This document shows, in pieces, positions 8,720 to 18,345 of a DNA stretch of 64,000 nucleotides. Location of the stretch: NCBI GenBank assembly GCA_003010405.1, contig PJLO01000002.1, positions 121,882 to 185,881 on the forward strand. The letters are read 5' to 3'. The first letter of the stretch is position 1; every line of letters starts with the position of its first letter. The translations under genes and the position numbers were made by a program. This DNA is from Acidobacteriota bacterium. Its GTDB lineage: Bacteria; Acidobacteriota; Terriglobia; Terriglobales; Acidobacteriaceae. Below the pieces are notes generated by a model. It made no database searches. It was not told the DNA's origin and saw only the letters and a program-made list of their open reading frames with translations.

Positions 8720-10384
8720 TTAAACTCCAACCGGAAAGGGTTTGATATGTTCTTCGTTTTCATCCTCTACCGCGCCTGAGCCGCGGCCGAACATCTCAAA
8801 TCTTCCCTGCAGCAGAGACATCAATCCTGTGTACCAGTAGCCATACACAAAGAGAATCAGGAAGGGAACCGTAACGTAATTCTCGTTGCTGAAAGCGTAC
8901 CAGACCATCCCGGCAAAACAGGTTCCGATCACCAGCTCAATCCAGGGAATGATGCCAAGTCGCTTGCGATATTTTCTGGCTGCCTTCACCGCAACGCTCT
9001 TCTGATGTTTGGCATGCACGCTGTACTTCGGGGTTCGCGCAAAGGCCGATTGTTTTCCGAGCAGTGCTTCGATCACACCTTTAGAGTTTGTAATCGTCAG
9101 CCCGATTCCCAGCGCCATCAGGAAAGGAAGATAAAAGAAAGTCCGAAGCCAGTTCTTGGGGAAAAGCTCTCTCTGCGACACCAGGTAGAAACTCGAGATG
9201 GAGAACGTCGAGGCCAGAAATAGCGGTATATCGATGTACATCATCTGAAACCAGCCCTGGTAGAAGCGAATCACCATTGCCGGCAGCAGCAGGACGGAGA
9301 GCACGATCATCAGCGGATAGCTTATGTTTGCCGTCAGGTGGTACCAGGCCTCGATCTTCTCTCTGCGGCTCACCTTCGATTTCATCAGCTTCGGGAGATC
9401 CTTAATCGCGCACTGAATCAAGCCCTTGGCCCAGCGCACCTGCTGCGTTTTGAAGGCCGTCATCTCGATCGGCAGCTCTGCCGGGCACTCCACGTCCTGC
9501 AAATATAAAAATTGCCAGCCTTTCAATTGGCAGCGATAGCTCAGGTCGGTGTCTTCAGTGAGAGTATCGTGTTGCCAGCCGCCCGCCTCGTCAATGGCCT
9601 TGATGCGCCACATGCCAGCCGTGCCGTTGAAGTTAAAGAAAACGCCGGTTCGCGAGCGCCCACCGTGCTCCAAAACAAAGTGCCCGTCCAGCATGATCGC
9701 TTCTACTTCGGTCAGGAACGAGTAATGCCGGTTGATGTGAGTCCAGCGCGTCTGCACCATCCCGATATTGGGTTCATGAAAGTGGTGGATCACATTCATG
9801 ACCCAGTCGCTGGGCGGGGTGAAGTCGGCGTCGAAAATTGCAACGAATTCACCCTTGGCTGTCTTGAGTCCGTTCTCCAGCGCCCCCGCCTTGAAACCAG
9901 TGCGGTCGGTGCGATGTATGTGGACAATGTCATGCCCCAACGCGCGATAACGGTCTACCACATCGGCGGCAACCTGCACAGTTTCGTCAGTGGAATCGTC
10001 CAAAAGCTGAATATCCAACAAGTCGCGCGGGTAATCCAGGTTACAGATCGACTCCACCAGTCGGTTCACTACAAACTGCTCGTTGAAGATGGGCAACTGT
10101 ATGGTTACTCGCGGCAGTTGCTCGAACATCGATTTCGGCGTTGTCGTCTTGTTCCTGCGATGCTTGTAATACATCCACACCAACTGGTATCGATGGAAGC
10201 CGTAGGAGGCAAGGATGATCAGCACGATAAAGTAGGGAATGAGCAATGCCAGGTCGAAGCTGTTCGCGTGGTACAGCCCCTTAAACGCAGGATTGGTCTG
10301 CTTCTGCAGGAATTGCACCACGGGATTCGGCCGCGGTGCGAGCGCAATCAAAGCCACGAACTGAGTGATCAAGGCAGATTCCAA
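8720..10384 (-). CDS. Processive family-2 glycosyltransferase (cellulose synthase/Csl-like), multi-pass membrane
   Basis: Motifs DDSTD, FDADF, TEDTDLS and QQVRWAKG (the D,D,D,QxxRW signature), flanked by N- and C-terminal transmembrane segments. Confidence 0.8.
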   Translation of the reverse strand: MESALITQFVALIALAPRPNPVVQFLQKQTNPAFKGLYHANSFDLALLIPYFIVLIILASYGFHRYQLVWMYYKHRRNKTTTPKSMFEQLPRVTIQLPIFNEQFVVNRLVESICNLDYPRDLLDIQLLDDSTDETVQVAADVVDRYRALGHDIVHIHRTDRTGFKAGALENGLKTAKGEFVAIFDADFTPPSDWVMNVIHHFHEPNIGMVQTRWTHINRHYSFLTEVEAIMLDGHFVLEHGGRSRTGVFFNFNGTAGMWRIKAIDEAGGWQHDTLTEDTDLSYRCQLKGWQFLYLQDVECPAELPIEMTAFKTQQVRWAKGLIQCAIKDLPKLMKSKVSRREKIEAWYHLTANISYPLMIVLSVLLLPAMVIRFYQGWFQMMYIDIPLFLASTFSISSFYLVSQRELFPKNWLRTFFYLPFLMALGIGLTITNSKGVIEALLGKQSAFARTPKYSVHAKHQKSVAVKAARKYRKRLGIIPWIELVIGTCFAGMVWYAFSNENYVTVPFLILFVYGYWYTGLMSLLQGRFEMFGRGSGAVEDENEEHIKPFPVGV

Positions 10385-10695
10385 GATACTGGGTTAAGCC
10401 GGATGTAAATACTTTCCCGGAAAACTCGATTGTACCCGAATCAGGCCCAACCTCCGCGCAGTCGGGTCGTAGCACATTTTCCTGATTTGCGATTTTCAAC
10501 AAAGCCTTGAGCCGGAGCGCTGGTCCTCCGCCATTTCAGAGCGTTAGAAGTGAAGTAGCGCGTGTGGTCGCTGAGCGCGAGGCCCATGCTTTCGAGCCAT
10601 GTTTTCCCAGAATGGTCCGAGGGATTGCTCTGCTCACGATTCAGACGTAATCTTCTGCCTCGAATAGCAATTCTGTGACATAATTCGCGGTTCCT

Positions 10696-10711
10696 TGTGA
10701 TCTTAATCACT
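10696..10711. promoter_or_regulatory. Candidate CRP/FNR-family operator upstream of PFOR
   Basis: TGTGATCTTAATCACT contains the perfect inverted repeat GTGAT-N4-ATCAC (TGTGA-N6-TCACt). It lies about 75-90 nt upstream of the PFOR start. Confidence 0.35.
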
Positions 10712-10787
10712 GTTTATTGGGGCTACGTGTAGTTCAATAACTGCGGGTAGAGGAGCGTCCCCTTTTTTTTCCATGGAGAGCAATTTA

Positions 10788-13700
10788 ATGAACCGGATTA
10801 AAGTGACCATTGACGGCACGGAAGCCGCGGCCTACGTTGCACACAAAACAAATGAAGTCATAGCTATTTATCCAATCACCCCGTCATCTCCCATGGCCGA
10901 GTTCAGCGACCAATGGTCTGCAGAGGGCAAGCCTAATATCTGGGGATCGGTGCCTCAGGTAATGGAAATGCAGAGCGAGGGCGGCGCGGTAGCAGCACTC
11001 CATGGGGCTCTGCAAGGCGGAAGTTTGGCAACGACCTTTACGTCTTCCCAGGGTCTGCTGCTCATGATCCCAAATATGTACAAGATTGCCGGTGAGCTTA
11101 CGGCGTGCGTCATTCATGTTGCCGCGCGTGCTATAGCTGCCCAGGCGCTGTCGATTTTCGGCGACCATCAGGACGTAATGGCCGTCCGTCAGACCGGTTG
11201 GGCTCTGCTGGCCTCCAACAATGTGCAGGAAGTAATGGACACGGCGCTGATTGCGCAGGCTGCTTCACTCGAATCTCGCGTTCCGTTCGTGCATTTCTTC
11301 GATGGTTTCCGCACCTCGCACGAAGTTTCCAAGGTCGAGCAACTTACCATGGAAGATATGCGCGCGATGGTGCCCGAGGAATTTGTCCGCCAGCATCGCC
11401 TGCGCTCGCTCTCGCCGGATCGTCCTGTGCTTCGCGGCACCGCGCAGAATCCTGATGTTTACTTCCAGGGACGCGAGACCGTGAATCCTTACTACCTCGC
11501 CGTCCCCGCCATCCTGCAGAAGGCGATGGATCGTTTTGCAGCGATCGTCGGACGCCAGTACAAACTCTTCGAATACGTTGGCGCTGCTGACGCCGAGCGC
11601 GTTGTCATCCTTATGGGTTCCGGCTGCGATGTTGCCACGGAAACCGTGAACAAACTGGTGAGCCAGGGCGAAAAAGTAGGCGTCTTAAAGGTTCGACTGT
11701 TCCGGCCTTTCTCTGCCGAGCACTTCATTGCAGAACTTCCCTCTTCGGTGCGCAGTATTTCTGTCCTCGACCGCACGAAGGAGCCTGGCTCCAGCGGAGA
11801 ACCGCTTTATCAGGAAGTCCTGACCGCACTTGCCGAGAGCCTCGCTGCTGGCAAGATCGGGTCCATGCCGCGCATTGTCGGTGGCCGTTACGGACTTGGT
11901 TCCAAGGAATTCACCCCTGCGATGGTCAAGGGTGTTTTTGACGATCTGGCCCAAGCCGTACCCCACAATCACTTCAGCCTCGGCATTAACGATGACGTGA
12001 CGAACAACTCTATTCCGTATGATCCGAAGTTCTCGACAGAAGACCCTGGCACTGTCCGTGCGCTCTTCTTCGGACTCGGCGCAGACGGCACTGTGGGCGC
12101 GAATAAGAACTCGATCAAGATCATTGGCGAAGACACGGATAACTACGCCCAGGGCTACTTCGTTTATGACTCGAAGAAGTCCGGCTCCATCACCACCTCG
12201 CACCTGCGCTTCGGCCCGAAGCCGATTCACTCCAGCTATCTCATTACGCGCGCCAACTTTGTGGCATGTCACCAGTTCGGCTTCCTCGAACGCATCAATG
12301 TTCTCAAGAACGCCGATGAAGGAGCAGTCTTTCTCCTCAACAGCCAGTACGGCAAGGATGAGGTCTGGGATAAACTGCCGCGCCCGGTGCAGCAGCAGAT
12401 CATCAGCAAGAAGCTTCAGTTCTACGTGATCGATGGTTACAGCGTTGCCAAAGAGACCGGCATGGGCCAGCGCATCAACACGATTATGCAGACCTGCTTC
12501 TTCGCCATCAGCGGCGTGCTTCCTCGTGAGGAAGCCATCGACGCCATTAAGAAGGCGATCAAGAAGACGTACGGCAAGCGCGGTGAATCCGTCATTGAGA
12601 AGAATTTCGCTGCGGTCGACAGTACGCTTGCGAACCTGTTCCGCGTCGAGGTTCCCGCCCAGACCTCCAGCAAAGTCGAGCTTCGTCCGCCGGTTCCTGC
12701 CCAGGCTCCCGAGTTCGTGCAGGACGTTCTGGCGCCAATGATCTTTGGCGTGGGCGACGATCTCCCGGTAAGCAAGCTGCCCTGTGATGGAACGTTCCCG
12801 ACCGGCACCGCGCAGTGGGAGAAGCGAAATATTGCTCTGGAAATTCCGTCCTGGGATGAGTCGCTCTGTATCCAGTGTGGCAAATGCTCGCTCGTCTGCC
12901 CGCACGCAGTTATTCGCGGCAAGGTGTACTCCAGCGACCTGCTCGCGGGGGCCCCTGAGTCCTTCAAGTCCGCCGATGCGAAGTGGAAGAATTTCGCGGG
13001 CATGAAGTTCACGATTCAGGTCGCGCCCGAAGATTGCACCGGTTGCGGTCTTTGTGTTGAGGCGTGTCCCTCGAAGTCCAAGAGCGAAGCCAAGCACAAG
13101 GCCATCAATATGGTCCCGCAGCCTGAGATTCGCGAGCGCGAAGCACGCAACTGGGATTTCTTCCTCAATCTGCCCGATGCTCCGCGGGAGCAACTGTCGC
13201 TCACGCAGATTAAGGACGTGCAGCTGCTTCGTCCGCTTTTCGAATTCTCCGGCGCATGCTCAGGTTGCGGCGAAACTCCGTATATCAAGCTGCTCACCCA
13301 GCTGTTCGGAGATCGCACCATCATAGCCAATGCGACCGGTTGTTCCTCCATTTATGGCGGCAATCTCCCGACCGCGCCGTACACGATCAATAAAGATGGA
13401 CGCGGCGTTGCCTGGTCGAATTCGCTCTTCGAAGACAACGCTGAATTTGGACTCGGCATACGCCTGTCGATGGATAAGAATGAATCGTATGCGCGGGAAT
13501 TGCTTGTTCGTCTGGCTGCAAAGTTGCCTGAAGAGCTGGTGAAAGCAATCCTCAACGCATCGCAGAACGGCGAAGCTGAAATTGCCGCGCAGCGCGCGCG
13601 CGTTGCGCAGCTCAAGCAAGCATTGGCCGGCATCGATCCACAGGAAGCTTCTGCCCTGCTCGATATCGCCGACATGCTGGTGAAGAAAGCGGTCTGGATC

Positions 13701-14375
13701 GTCGGTGGCGACGGCTGGGCTTATGACATTGGATACGGTGGTCTGGATCACGTTTTGGCATCCGGTCGCAATGTAAATATCCTGGTGCTCGACACGGAGG
13801 TTTACTCGAACACCGGTGGCCAGGCGTCCAAGGCGACCCCGCGCGGCGCGGTTGCGAAGTTTGCCGCTGCCGGAAAGTCTGGTCCCAAGAAGGATCTTGC
13901 GCTTCTTGCCGCGAACTACCCGGTCTATGTTGCGCGCATCGCTCTGGGTGCCAATGACGTGCAGACTGTCAAAGCCTTCAACGAAGCCGAAGCTTACAAT
14001 GGTCCATCGCTGATCCTTGCCTACTGCCACTGCATTGGACAGGGTTACGATCTGATTCACGGACTCGATCAGCAAAAGCTTGCTGTGCAGAGTGGCCACT
14101 GGCCTCTGATGCGTTACAACCCGGATGCCAAGGCCGGCCAGCCAAAGTTCGTTCTGGACAGCCGTGAGCCTAGCATTCCGCTTGAACAGTACATCTATAA
14201 CGAAACCCGTTACACCATGCTTCGCCAGAGCGACCCAGAGGCCGCCAAGGAACTGCTCGGCCTGGCGCAGCAGGATGTCGATAATCGTTGGAAGCGTTAC
14301 GAAGCACTGGCGCGGGATTCTGCAGCAGCAGCAACCGAAGCAACTGCGGCTGCATCTGTAACATCGGGGGATTAA
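10788..14375 (+). CDS. nifJ: Pyruvate:ferredoxin (flavodoxin) oxidoreductase
   Basis: ORF 10773..14375. ATG at 10788 follows GGAGAG by 7 nt. Two ferredoxin-type clusters (CIQCGKCSLVCPH, CTGCGLCVEACP) and the TPP motif GGDGWAYDIGYGGLDH. About 1200 aa, typical of single-chain PFOR. Confidence 0.95.
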   Translation: MNRIKVTIDGTEAAAYVAHKTNEVIAIYPITPSSPMAEFSDQWSAEGKPNIWGSVPQVMEMQSEGGAVAALHGALQGGSLATTFTSSQGLLLMIPNMYKIAGELTACVIHVAARAIAAQALSIFGDHQDVMAVRQTGWALLASNNVQEVMDTALIAQAASLESRVPFVHFFDGFRTSHEVSKVEQLTMEDMRAMVPEEFVRQHRLRSLSPDRPVLRGTAQNPDVYFQGRETVNPYYLAVPAILQKAMDRFAAIVGRQYKLFEYVGAADAERVVILMGSGCDVATETVNKLVSQGEKVGVLKVRLFRPFSAEHFIAELPSSVRSISVLDRTKEPGSSGEPLYQEVLTALAESLAAGKIGSMPRIVGGRYGLGSKEFTPAMVKGVFDDLAQAVPHNHFSLGINDDVTNNSIPYDPKFSTEDPGTVRALFFGLGADGTVGANKNSIKIIGEDTDNYAQGYFVYDSKKSGSITTSHLRFGPKPIHSSYLITRANFVACHQFGFLERINVLKNADEGAVFLLNSQYGKDEVWDKLPRPVQQQIISKKLQFYVIDGYSVAKETGMGQRINTIMQTCFFAISGVLPREEAIDAIKKAIKKTYGKRGESVIEKNFAAVDSTLANLFRVEVPAQTSSKVELRPPVPAQAPEFVQDVLAPMIFGVGDDLPVSKLPCDGTFPTGTAQWEKRNIALEIPSWDESLCIQCGKCSLVCPHAVIRGKVYSSDLLAGAPESFKSADAKWKNFAGMKFTIQVAPEDCTGCGLCVEACPSKSKSEAKHKAINMVPQPEIREREARNWDFFLNLPDAPREQLSLTQIKDVQLLRPLFEFSGACSGCGETPYIKLLTQLFGDRTIIANATGCSSIYGGNLPTAPYTINKDGRGVAWSNSLFEDNAEFGLGIRLSMDKNESYARELLVRLAAKLPEELVKAILNASQNGEAEIAAQRARVAQLKQALAGIDPQEASALLDIADMLVKKAVWIVGGDGWAYDIGYGGLDHVLASGRNVNILVLDTEVYSNTGGQASKATPRGAVAKFAAAGKSGPKKDLALLAANYPVYVARIALGANDVQTVKAFNEAEAYNGPSLILAYCHCIGQGYDLIHGLDQQKLAVQSGHWPLMRYNPDAKAGQPKFVLDSREPSIPLEQYIYNETRYTMLRQSDPEAAKELLGLAQQDVDNRWKRYEALARDSAAAATEATAAASVTSGD

Positions 14376-14391
14376 TGCCCTGGGGGGACTG

Positions 14392-15387
14392 ATGATCGAC
14401 CTATCGACGCGGTATCTCGGATTTAAACTTCGCAATCCGCTCGTGGTTTCGTCCTTGCCGCTTTGCAAGGAAATTGAAAATCTGCGCCGCATGGAGGACG
14501 CGGGCGCTTCAGCCGTCGTTCTCCATTCGCTCTTCGAGGAGCAGATCAACATCGAGTCCAACGAACTCGACCGCTTTCTTTGGGATGGTTCCGACGTCAG
14601 TGCCGAAAGCGCGACGATGTTTGCCGACCTCAACTACCATCTTGGTCCTGACGGATATCTCGAACATATCCGTCAGGCCAAGCAAGCCATTTCCATTCCG
14701 GTCATTGCTTCTCTCAACGGTGTCTCCCGTGGAGGGTGGGTCAGATACGCTCGCGATATGCAGCAGGCTGGCGCCGATGCCATTGAGTTGAACGTCTACT
14801 TCATTCCAGCCGACCCCGCTTCAAGTTCAGAGGAGATTGAAAAGCTTTATCTCGACCTGGTGACGGAGGTTCGCAACACTGTTTCCATCCCGGTCGCAGT
14901 TAAGGTCGGTCCGTATTTCAGCGCTTTCGCCAATATGGCCCAGCGCTTGGAAGCCGCCGGAGCCAACGGCATTGTCATCTTCAATCGCTTCTACCAACCG
15001 GACTTTGACCTCGAATCGCTTGAGGTTAAATCCTCGCTTACTCTCTCCACCAGGGGCACATTGCTATTACGCCTGCATTGGGCGGCAATGCTTTACGGCC
15101 ATATCCACTCCGACATAGCCATAACTGGTGGTGTTCACACGGCAGAGGATGTGGTGAAGTCGATGATGGCTGGGGCGAAGGTCACCATGCTTGCGTCGGC
15201 TCTGTTGGAGAAAGGCATTGACTACCTGCGCCCGTTGCGCGATTCACTCGAAGCCTGGCTCGAAAAGAACGAGTACGAGAGTATCCAGCAGATGCAGGGC
15301 AGCATGAGTCAGCAGAGCGTACCTAACCCCAAGGCCTTTCAGCGCGCTAATTACATGAAGCTACTGTCTCAATATGCGATGAAGTAG
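14392..15387 (+). CDS. Dihydroorotate dehydrogenase-like (class-1 DHOD/TIM-barrel flavoprotein family) protein
   Basis: Starts 17 nt after the PFOR stop, with a GGGGGGA RBS. DHOD-like pattern (LRNPLVVSS ... IPVIASLNG ... ADAIELN ... PVAVKV.P). Confidence 0.7.
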   Translation: MIDLSTRYLGFKLRNPLVVSSLPLCKEIENLRRMEDAGASAVVLHSLFEEQINIESNELDRFLWDGSDVSAESATMFADLNYHLGPDGYLEHIRQAKQAISIPVIASLNGVSRGGWVRYARDMQQAGADAIELNVYFIPADPASSSEEIEKLYLDLVTEVRNTVSIPVAVKVGPYFSAFANMAQRLEAAGANGIVIFNRFYQPDFDLESLEVKSSLTLSTRGTLLLRLHWAAMLYGHIHSDIAITGGVHTAEDVVKSMMAGAKVTMLASALLEKGIDYLRPLRDSLEAWLEKNEYESIQQMQGSMSQQSVPNPKAFQRANYMKLLSQYAMK

Positions 15388-15423
15388 GTCGTTGGGTAAA
15401 GCCGTAATCAACTGAATTGAGCG

Positions 15424-15460
15424 ACAATGGAGCGGCCAGAAACCGCTCCATTGTTCATTT
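15424..15460 (+). terminator. Rho-independent terminator after the PFOR/DHOD-like operon
   Basis: ACAATGGAGCGG-CCAGAAA-CCGCTCCATTGT is a 12-bp perfect stem, followed by TCATTT. Confidence 0.6.
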
Positions 15461-15639
15461 CCAGCACCGAGATGAGCGCTTCGAGTTCGCAGTTTCGAGC
15501 ACTGCGTCAATTATGTTCGAGCTTGCGAAGCTTTGCCGAATTGAAAAGCGCGGCCGACGGACATGGAAATGGGAGGGTACAATCAAATAAGTAGATCCTG
15601 CCGTGAGGGCAGGACGGATTTTTTCTTCGAAAGGTTTTC

Positions 15640-16875
15640 ATGTCGCTGATTCAACCCTTCAGAGCATATCGGCCCAAAGCCGAGCTTGCGGCCAGTGTGG
15701 CCTCCGTTCCCTATGATGTCGTCAATACTGCTGAGGCGCGCCAATTAGCTGATGGCAATCCGTACTCGTTCCTGCATGTATGTCGGCCCGAAATCGATCT
15801 ACCAGAGGGCATCGACGAACACGAGGATCGCGTGTACGCCACCGGCGCTGCGAATCTGAAGAAATTCATTGCCGAGGGCATTCTTGCGCGCGAGGCTGAG
15901 GATTCACTCTATGTCTATCAGCAGCGCATGGGAGAGCACGTGCAGGCCGGCCTGGTTGCGCTCTGTTCGGTTCGGGAGTACGAAGAGAATCTCATTAAGA
16001 AGCACGAGTTCACGCGGCGCGATAAGGAAGACGATCGTACACGGCACGTAACCGAGCAGAACGCCAACGCCGAGCCGGTGTTTCTTACGTACAGGGCCCA
16101 GGCCGAAATCGACGCCGTCGTAGCCGGTGTTCGCGCCTCCGCGCCTCTTTACGACATCACGACCCCGGATGGGATTGGTCACACCGTGTGGAGAATTGCC
16201 GATCCGGCAAACGTCGCAAAGCTAGTCGAATTGTTTGCTGGCGTCGAGGCGCTCTACATTGCAGACGGCCATCACCGCACGGCCTCGGCTGTACGTTATG
16301 GTCAGGCCTGCCGTGCCCGGATTCCGCATTCCACGGGGAACGAGCCGTACGAATCTTTTATGGCTGTGGTTTTCCCGCACAATCAGCTGAAAATTCTCGA
16401 TTACAACCGCGTCGTAAAAGATCTGAACGGACTCACTCCGGAGGAGTTTCTGGCCAAAATTGCTGAGAAATTCGAAGTGAGCCCCGCCGCAAGTCGGCAG
16501 CCGACCCAGACCGCGAGCTTCGGTATGTATCTGCAAGGGAAGTGGTACACGCTTAAGGCGCGTGCCGGAAGCTATTGTGCTGAGGACCCGATCAAACGGC
16601 TCGATGTCAGCATTCTTCAAGACAACCTGCTCTCGCCGGTGCTCGGCATTCACGATCCGCGCACGGACAAGCGAATCGATTTTGTCGGGGGCATTCGAGG
16701 CATGGACGAGTTGGAGCGCCGAGTAAAGGAAGGATTCGCTGTCGCCTTCGCGATGTATCCGACCTCGCTCGATCAATTGATCGACGTGGCCGACGCAGGC
16801 CAGGTGATGCCGCCCAAGTCTACTTGGTTCGAGCCAAAGTTGCGTTCGGGGTTGCTGGTGCGCCTCTACGAGTAG
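15640..16875 (+). CDS. DUF1015 family protein
   Basis: N-terminus MSLIQPFRAYRP ... VASVPYDVV, and later LYIADGHHR, which I recognise as the DUF1015 signature. Confidence 0.7.
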   Translation: MSLIQPFRAYRPKAELAASVASVPYDVVNTAEARQLADGNPYSFLHVCRPEIDLPEGIDEHEDRVYATGAANLKKFIAEGILAREAEDSLYVYQQRMGEHVQAGLVALCSVREYEENLIKKHEFTRRDKEDDRTRHVTEQNANAEPVFLTYRAQAEIDAVVAGVRASAPLYDITTPDGIGHTVWRIADPANVAKLVELFAGVEALYIADGHHRTASAVRYGQACRARIPHSTGNEPYESFMAVVFPHNQLKILDYNRVVKDLNGLTPEEFLAKIAEKFEVSPAASRQPTQTASFGMYLQGKWYTLKARAGSYCAEDPIKRLDVSILQDNLLSPVLGIHDPRTDKRIDFVGGIRGMDELERRVKEGFAVAFAMYPTSLDQLIDVADAGQVMPPKSTWFEPKLRSGLLVRLYE

Positions 16876-17166
16876 CATCTACAGGATGCGAAAAGAGATT
16901 TCATTGAGGAACAGCACTTTTTGTTAAAATTCTTTGATAGCTCCCGGAAGGGTAGGCCTTAGCCAATTGGTGCGCGTGCTTCTGCGATCTGGATACGCAG
17001 AGCTGAACCGCGATCGTGGGCAGCTCGCATCGTGTCGCAGTTCTGCACGGTATTCGCGCATTCGTCCCGTGGGGCTTTTATGTTTAAGGGTTAGCGTTTG
17101 GTCGCTGAATCCAGCGTTTCCTATCAAACCGCGGCTTGCCGCGCATTTATTTCAGGAGAAATCTCC

Positions 17167-18345
17167 ATGTTCCGTAAGACACGTCTTTTTACGCCGGGCC
17201 CGACACCTCTGCTCCCGGCTGCGCAGTTCGCCATGGCCGCAGCGGATCTTCATCACCGCACGGCTGAATTCCGTGCACTGTATCTTAAAGTCCTCGCGCA
17301 GCTAAAGGTTTTCATCGGCACCAGCAATGACGTGATCACGCTTTCATCTTCAGGCACCGGAGCCATGGAAGCCGCCGTCAGCAATCTCACCAGTCCCGGT
17401 GAGAAGGTTCTGGTGCTGACCGCTGGTAAATTTGGCGAGCGCTGGGTCTCACTGGCCAAGGCTTTTCACTGCGAAACAGTCGTGCTTTCCAAGCCCTATG
17501 GCGAGACCTTCCCGATTGATGAAGTCAAAGCCCTGCTGACTCCCGACGTCAAAGCCGTTTTTGTGCAGGCTACGGAAACGTCCACGGGCGTGCGTCACGA
17601 TGTAGCTGCGCTGGCTAAATTGGTCAAGGGAACGGATGCGCTTCTTATCGTTGATGCAATTACCGGGCTTGGCACTACGAATTTCAATGTTGACGGCGAC
17701 GGAATCGACGTTATCATTGGCGGCTCGCAGAAGGCACTGATGATTCCTCCGGGCCTTGCCTACATGGCCGTCAGTGAACGCGCTTGGGCTCGCATGGAAA
17801 CCAGCAAGCAGCCGCGCTATTACTTCGACCTTCGCAAGGAGCGCAAATCAGCCGCCAAGGGCGAAAGCGCTTACACTCCCGCAGTTGCGTTGATCGCTGC
17901 GCTGGGTGCGGCGCTCGACTATCTGGAACAGCAGGGAGGCGGCGACCTGGCCAAAGGACGTGACCTACTCGTAGCCAATGCCGAATTGAGCGCCCTGTGC
18001 ATGAGGAGCGCGGCGAAGGCGCTTGGACTGGACCTTTTCTCCTGCGCGCATTCGGCTGCCGTAACCGCCGTGAAAGCGCCCCAGGGCATTTGCTCCAGCG
18101 ACATCGTCAAGGGATTTAAGAAAGAGTTTGCTGGAGTGCTTTCCGACGGACAGGGCGAGATGAAGGGCCAGATTTTGCGCATCGCCCATATCGGCTTCCT
18201 CGATTACCTGGACTGCATCGCCATCATCGCAGGACTTGAACAGGTACTGGCGCAGCTTAAGCCTGAGGGCTTCCAGCTGGGCACCGGACTTCGTGCCGCA
18301 CAGCTTGTATACGCGGAAGCGCGAAAGAGTGGAGGAGAGCAGTGA
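17167..18345 (+). CDS. Class-V aminotransferase (serine-pyruvate / phosphoserine aminotransferase type)
   Basis: ORF 17098..18345 trimmed to MFRKTRLFTPGPTP after an AGGAGA RBS. The LFTPGPTP N-terminus and the GSQKAL PLP-lysine region are typical of AGXT/SerC-like class-V enzymes. Its stop overlaps the serA start. Confidence 0.8.
   Translation: MFRKTRLFTPGPTPLLPAAQFAMAAADLHHRTAEFRALYLKVLAQLKVFIGTSNDVITLSSSGTGAMEAAVSNLTSPGEKVLVLTAGKFGERWVSLAKAFHCETVVLSKPYGETFPIDEVKALLTPDVKAVFVQATETSTGVRHDVAALAKLVKGTDALLIVDAITGLGTTNFNVDGDGIDVIIGGSQKALMIPPGLAYMAVSERAWARMETSKQPRYYFDLRKERKSAAKGESAYTPAVALIAALGAALDYLEQQGGGDLAKGRDLLVANAELSALCMRSAAKALGLDLFSCAHSAAVTAVKAPQGICSSDIVKGFKKEFAGVLSDGQGEMKGQILRIAHIGFLDYLDCIAIIAGLEQVLAQLKPEGFQLGTGLRAAQLVYAEARKSGGEQ

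Noticed and set aside
9512-10408. 298-aa plus-strand ORF antisense to the GT2 synthase. Similar cases are 1536..2486 (antisense to E1), 44482..45426 (antisense to nagZ), 45936..46904 (antisense to ABC-F), 41749..42420, 55788..56456, 36247..36756 and 36933..37472
   Set aside because: All are embedded in the opposite strand of genes with strong family signatures. They have no motifs or RBS support, so I treated them as shadow ORFs.
10441-10710. 89-aa minus-strand ORF in the GT2/PFOR spacer
   Set aside because: Arg-rich with no RBS, and it covers the candidate PFOR promoter/operator region. It is more likely non-coding.
11685-13193. 502-aa minus-strand ORF (with 13260..14633 at 457 aa, and smaller ones) lying antisense inside the PFOR gene
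   Set aside because: It overlaps completely a 1200-aa gene with unmistakable PFOR motifs. The translation is Arg/Gly/Leu/Ala-rich with no recognisable domain, typical of long antisense ORFs in GC-rich DNA.
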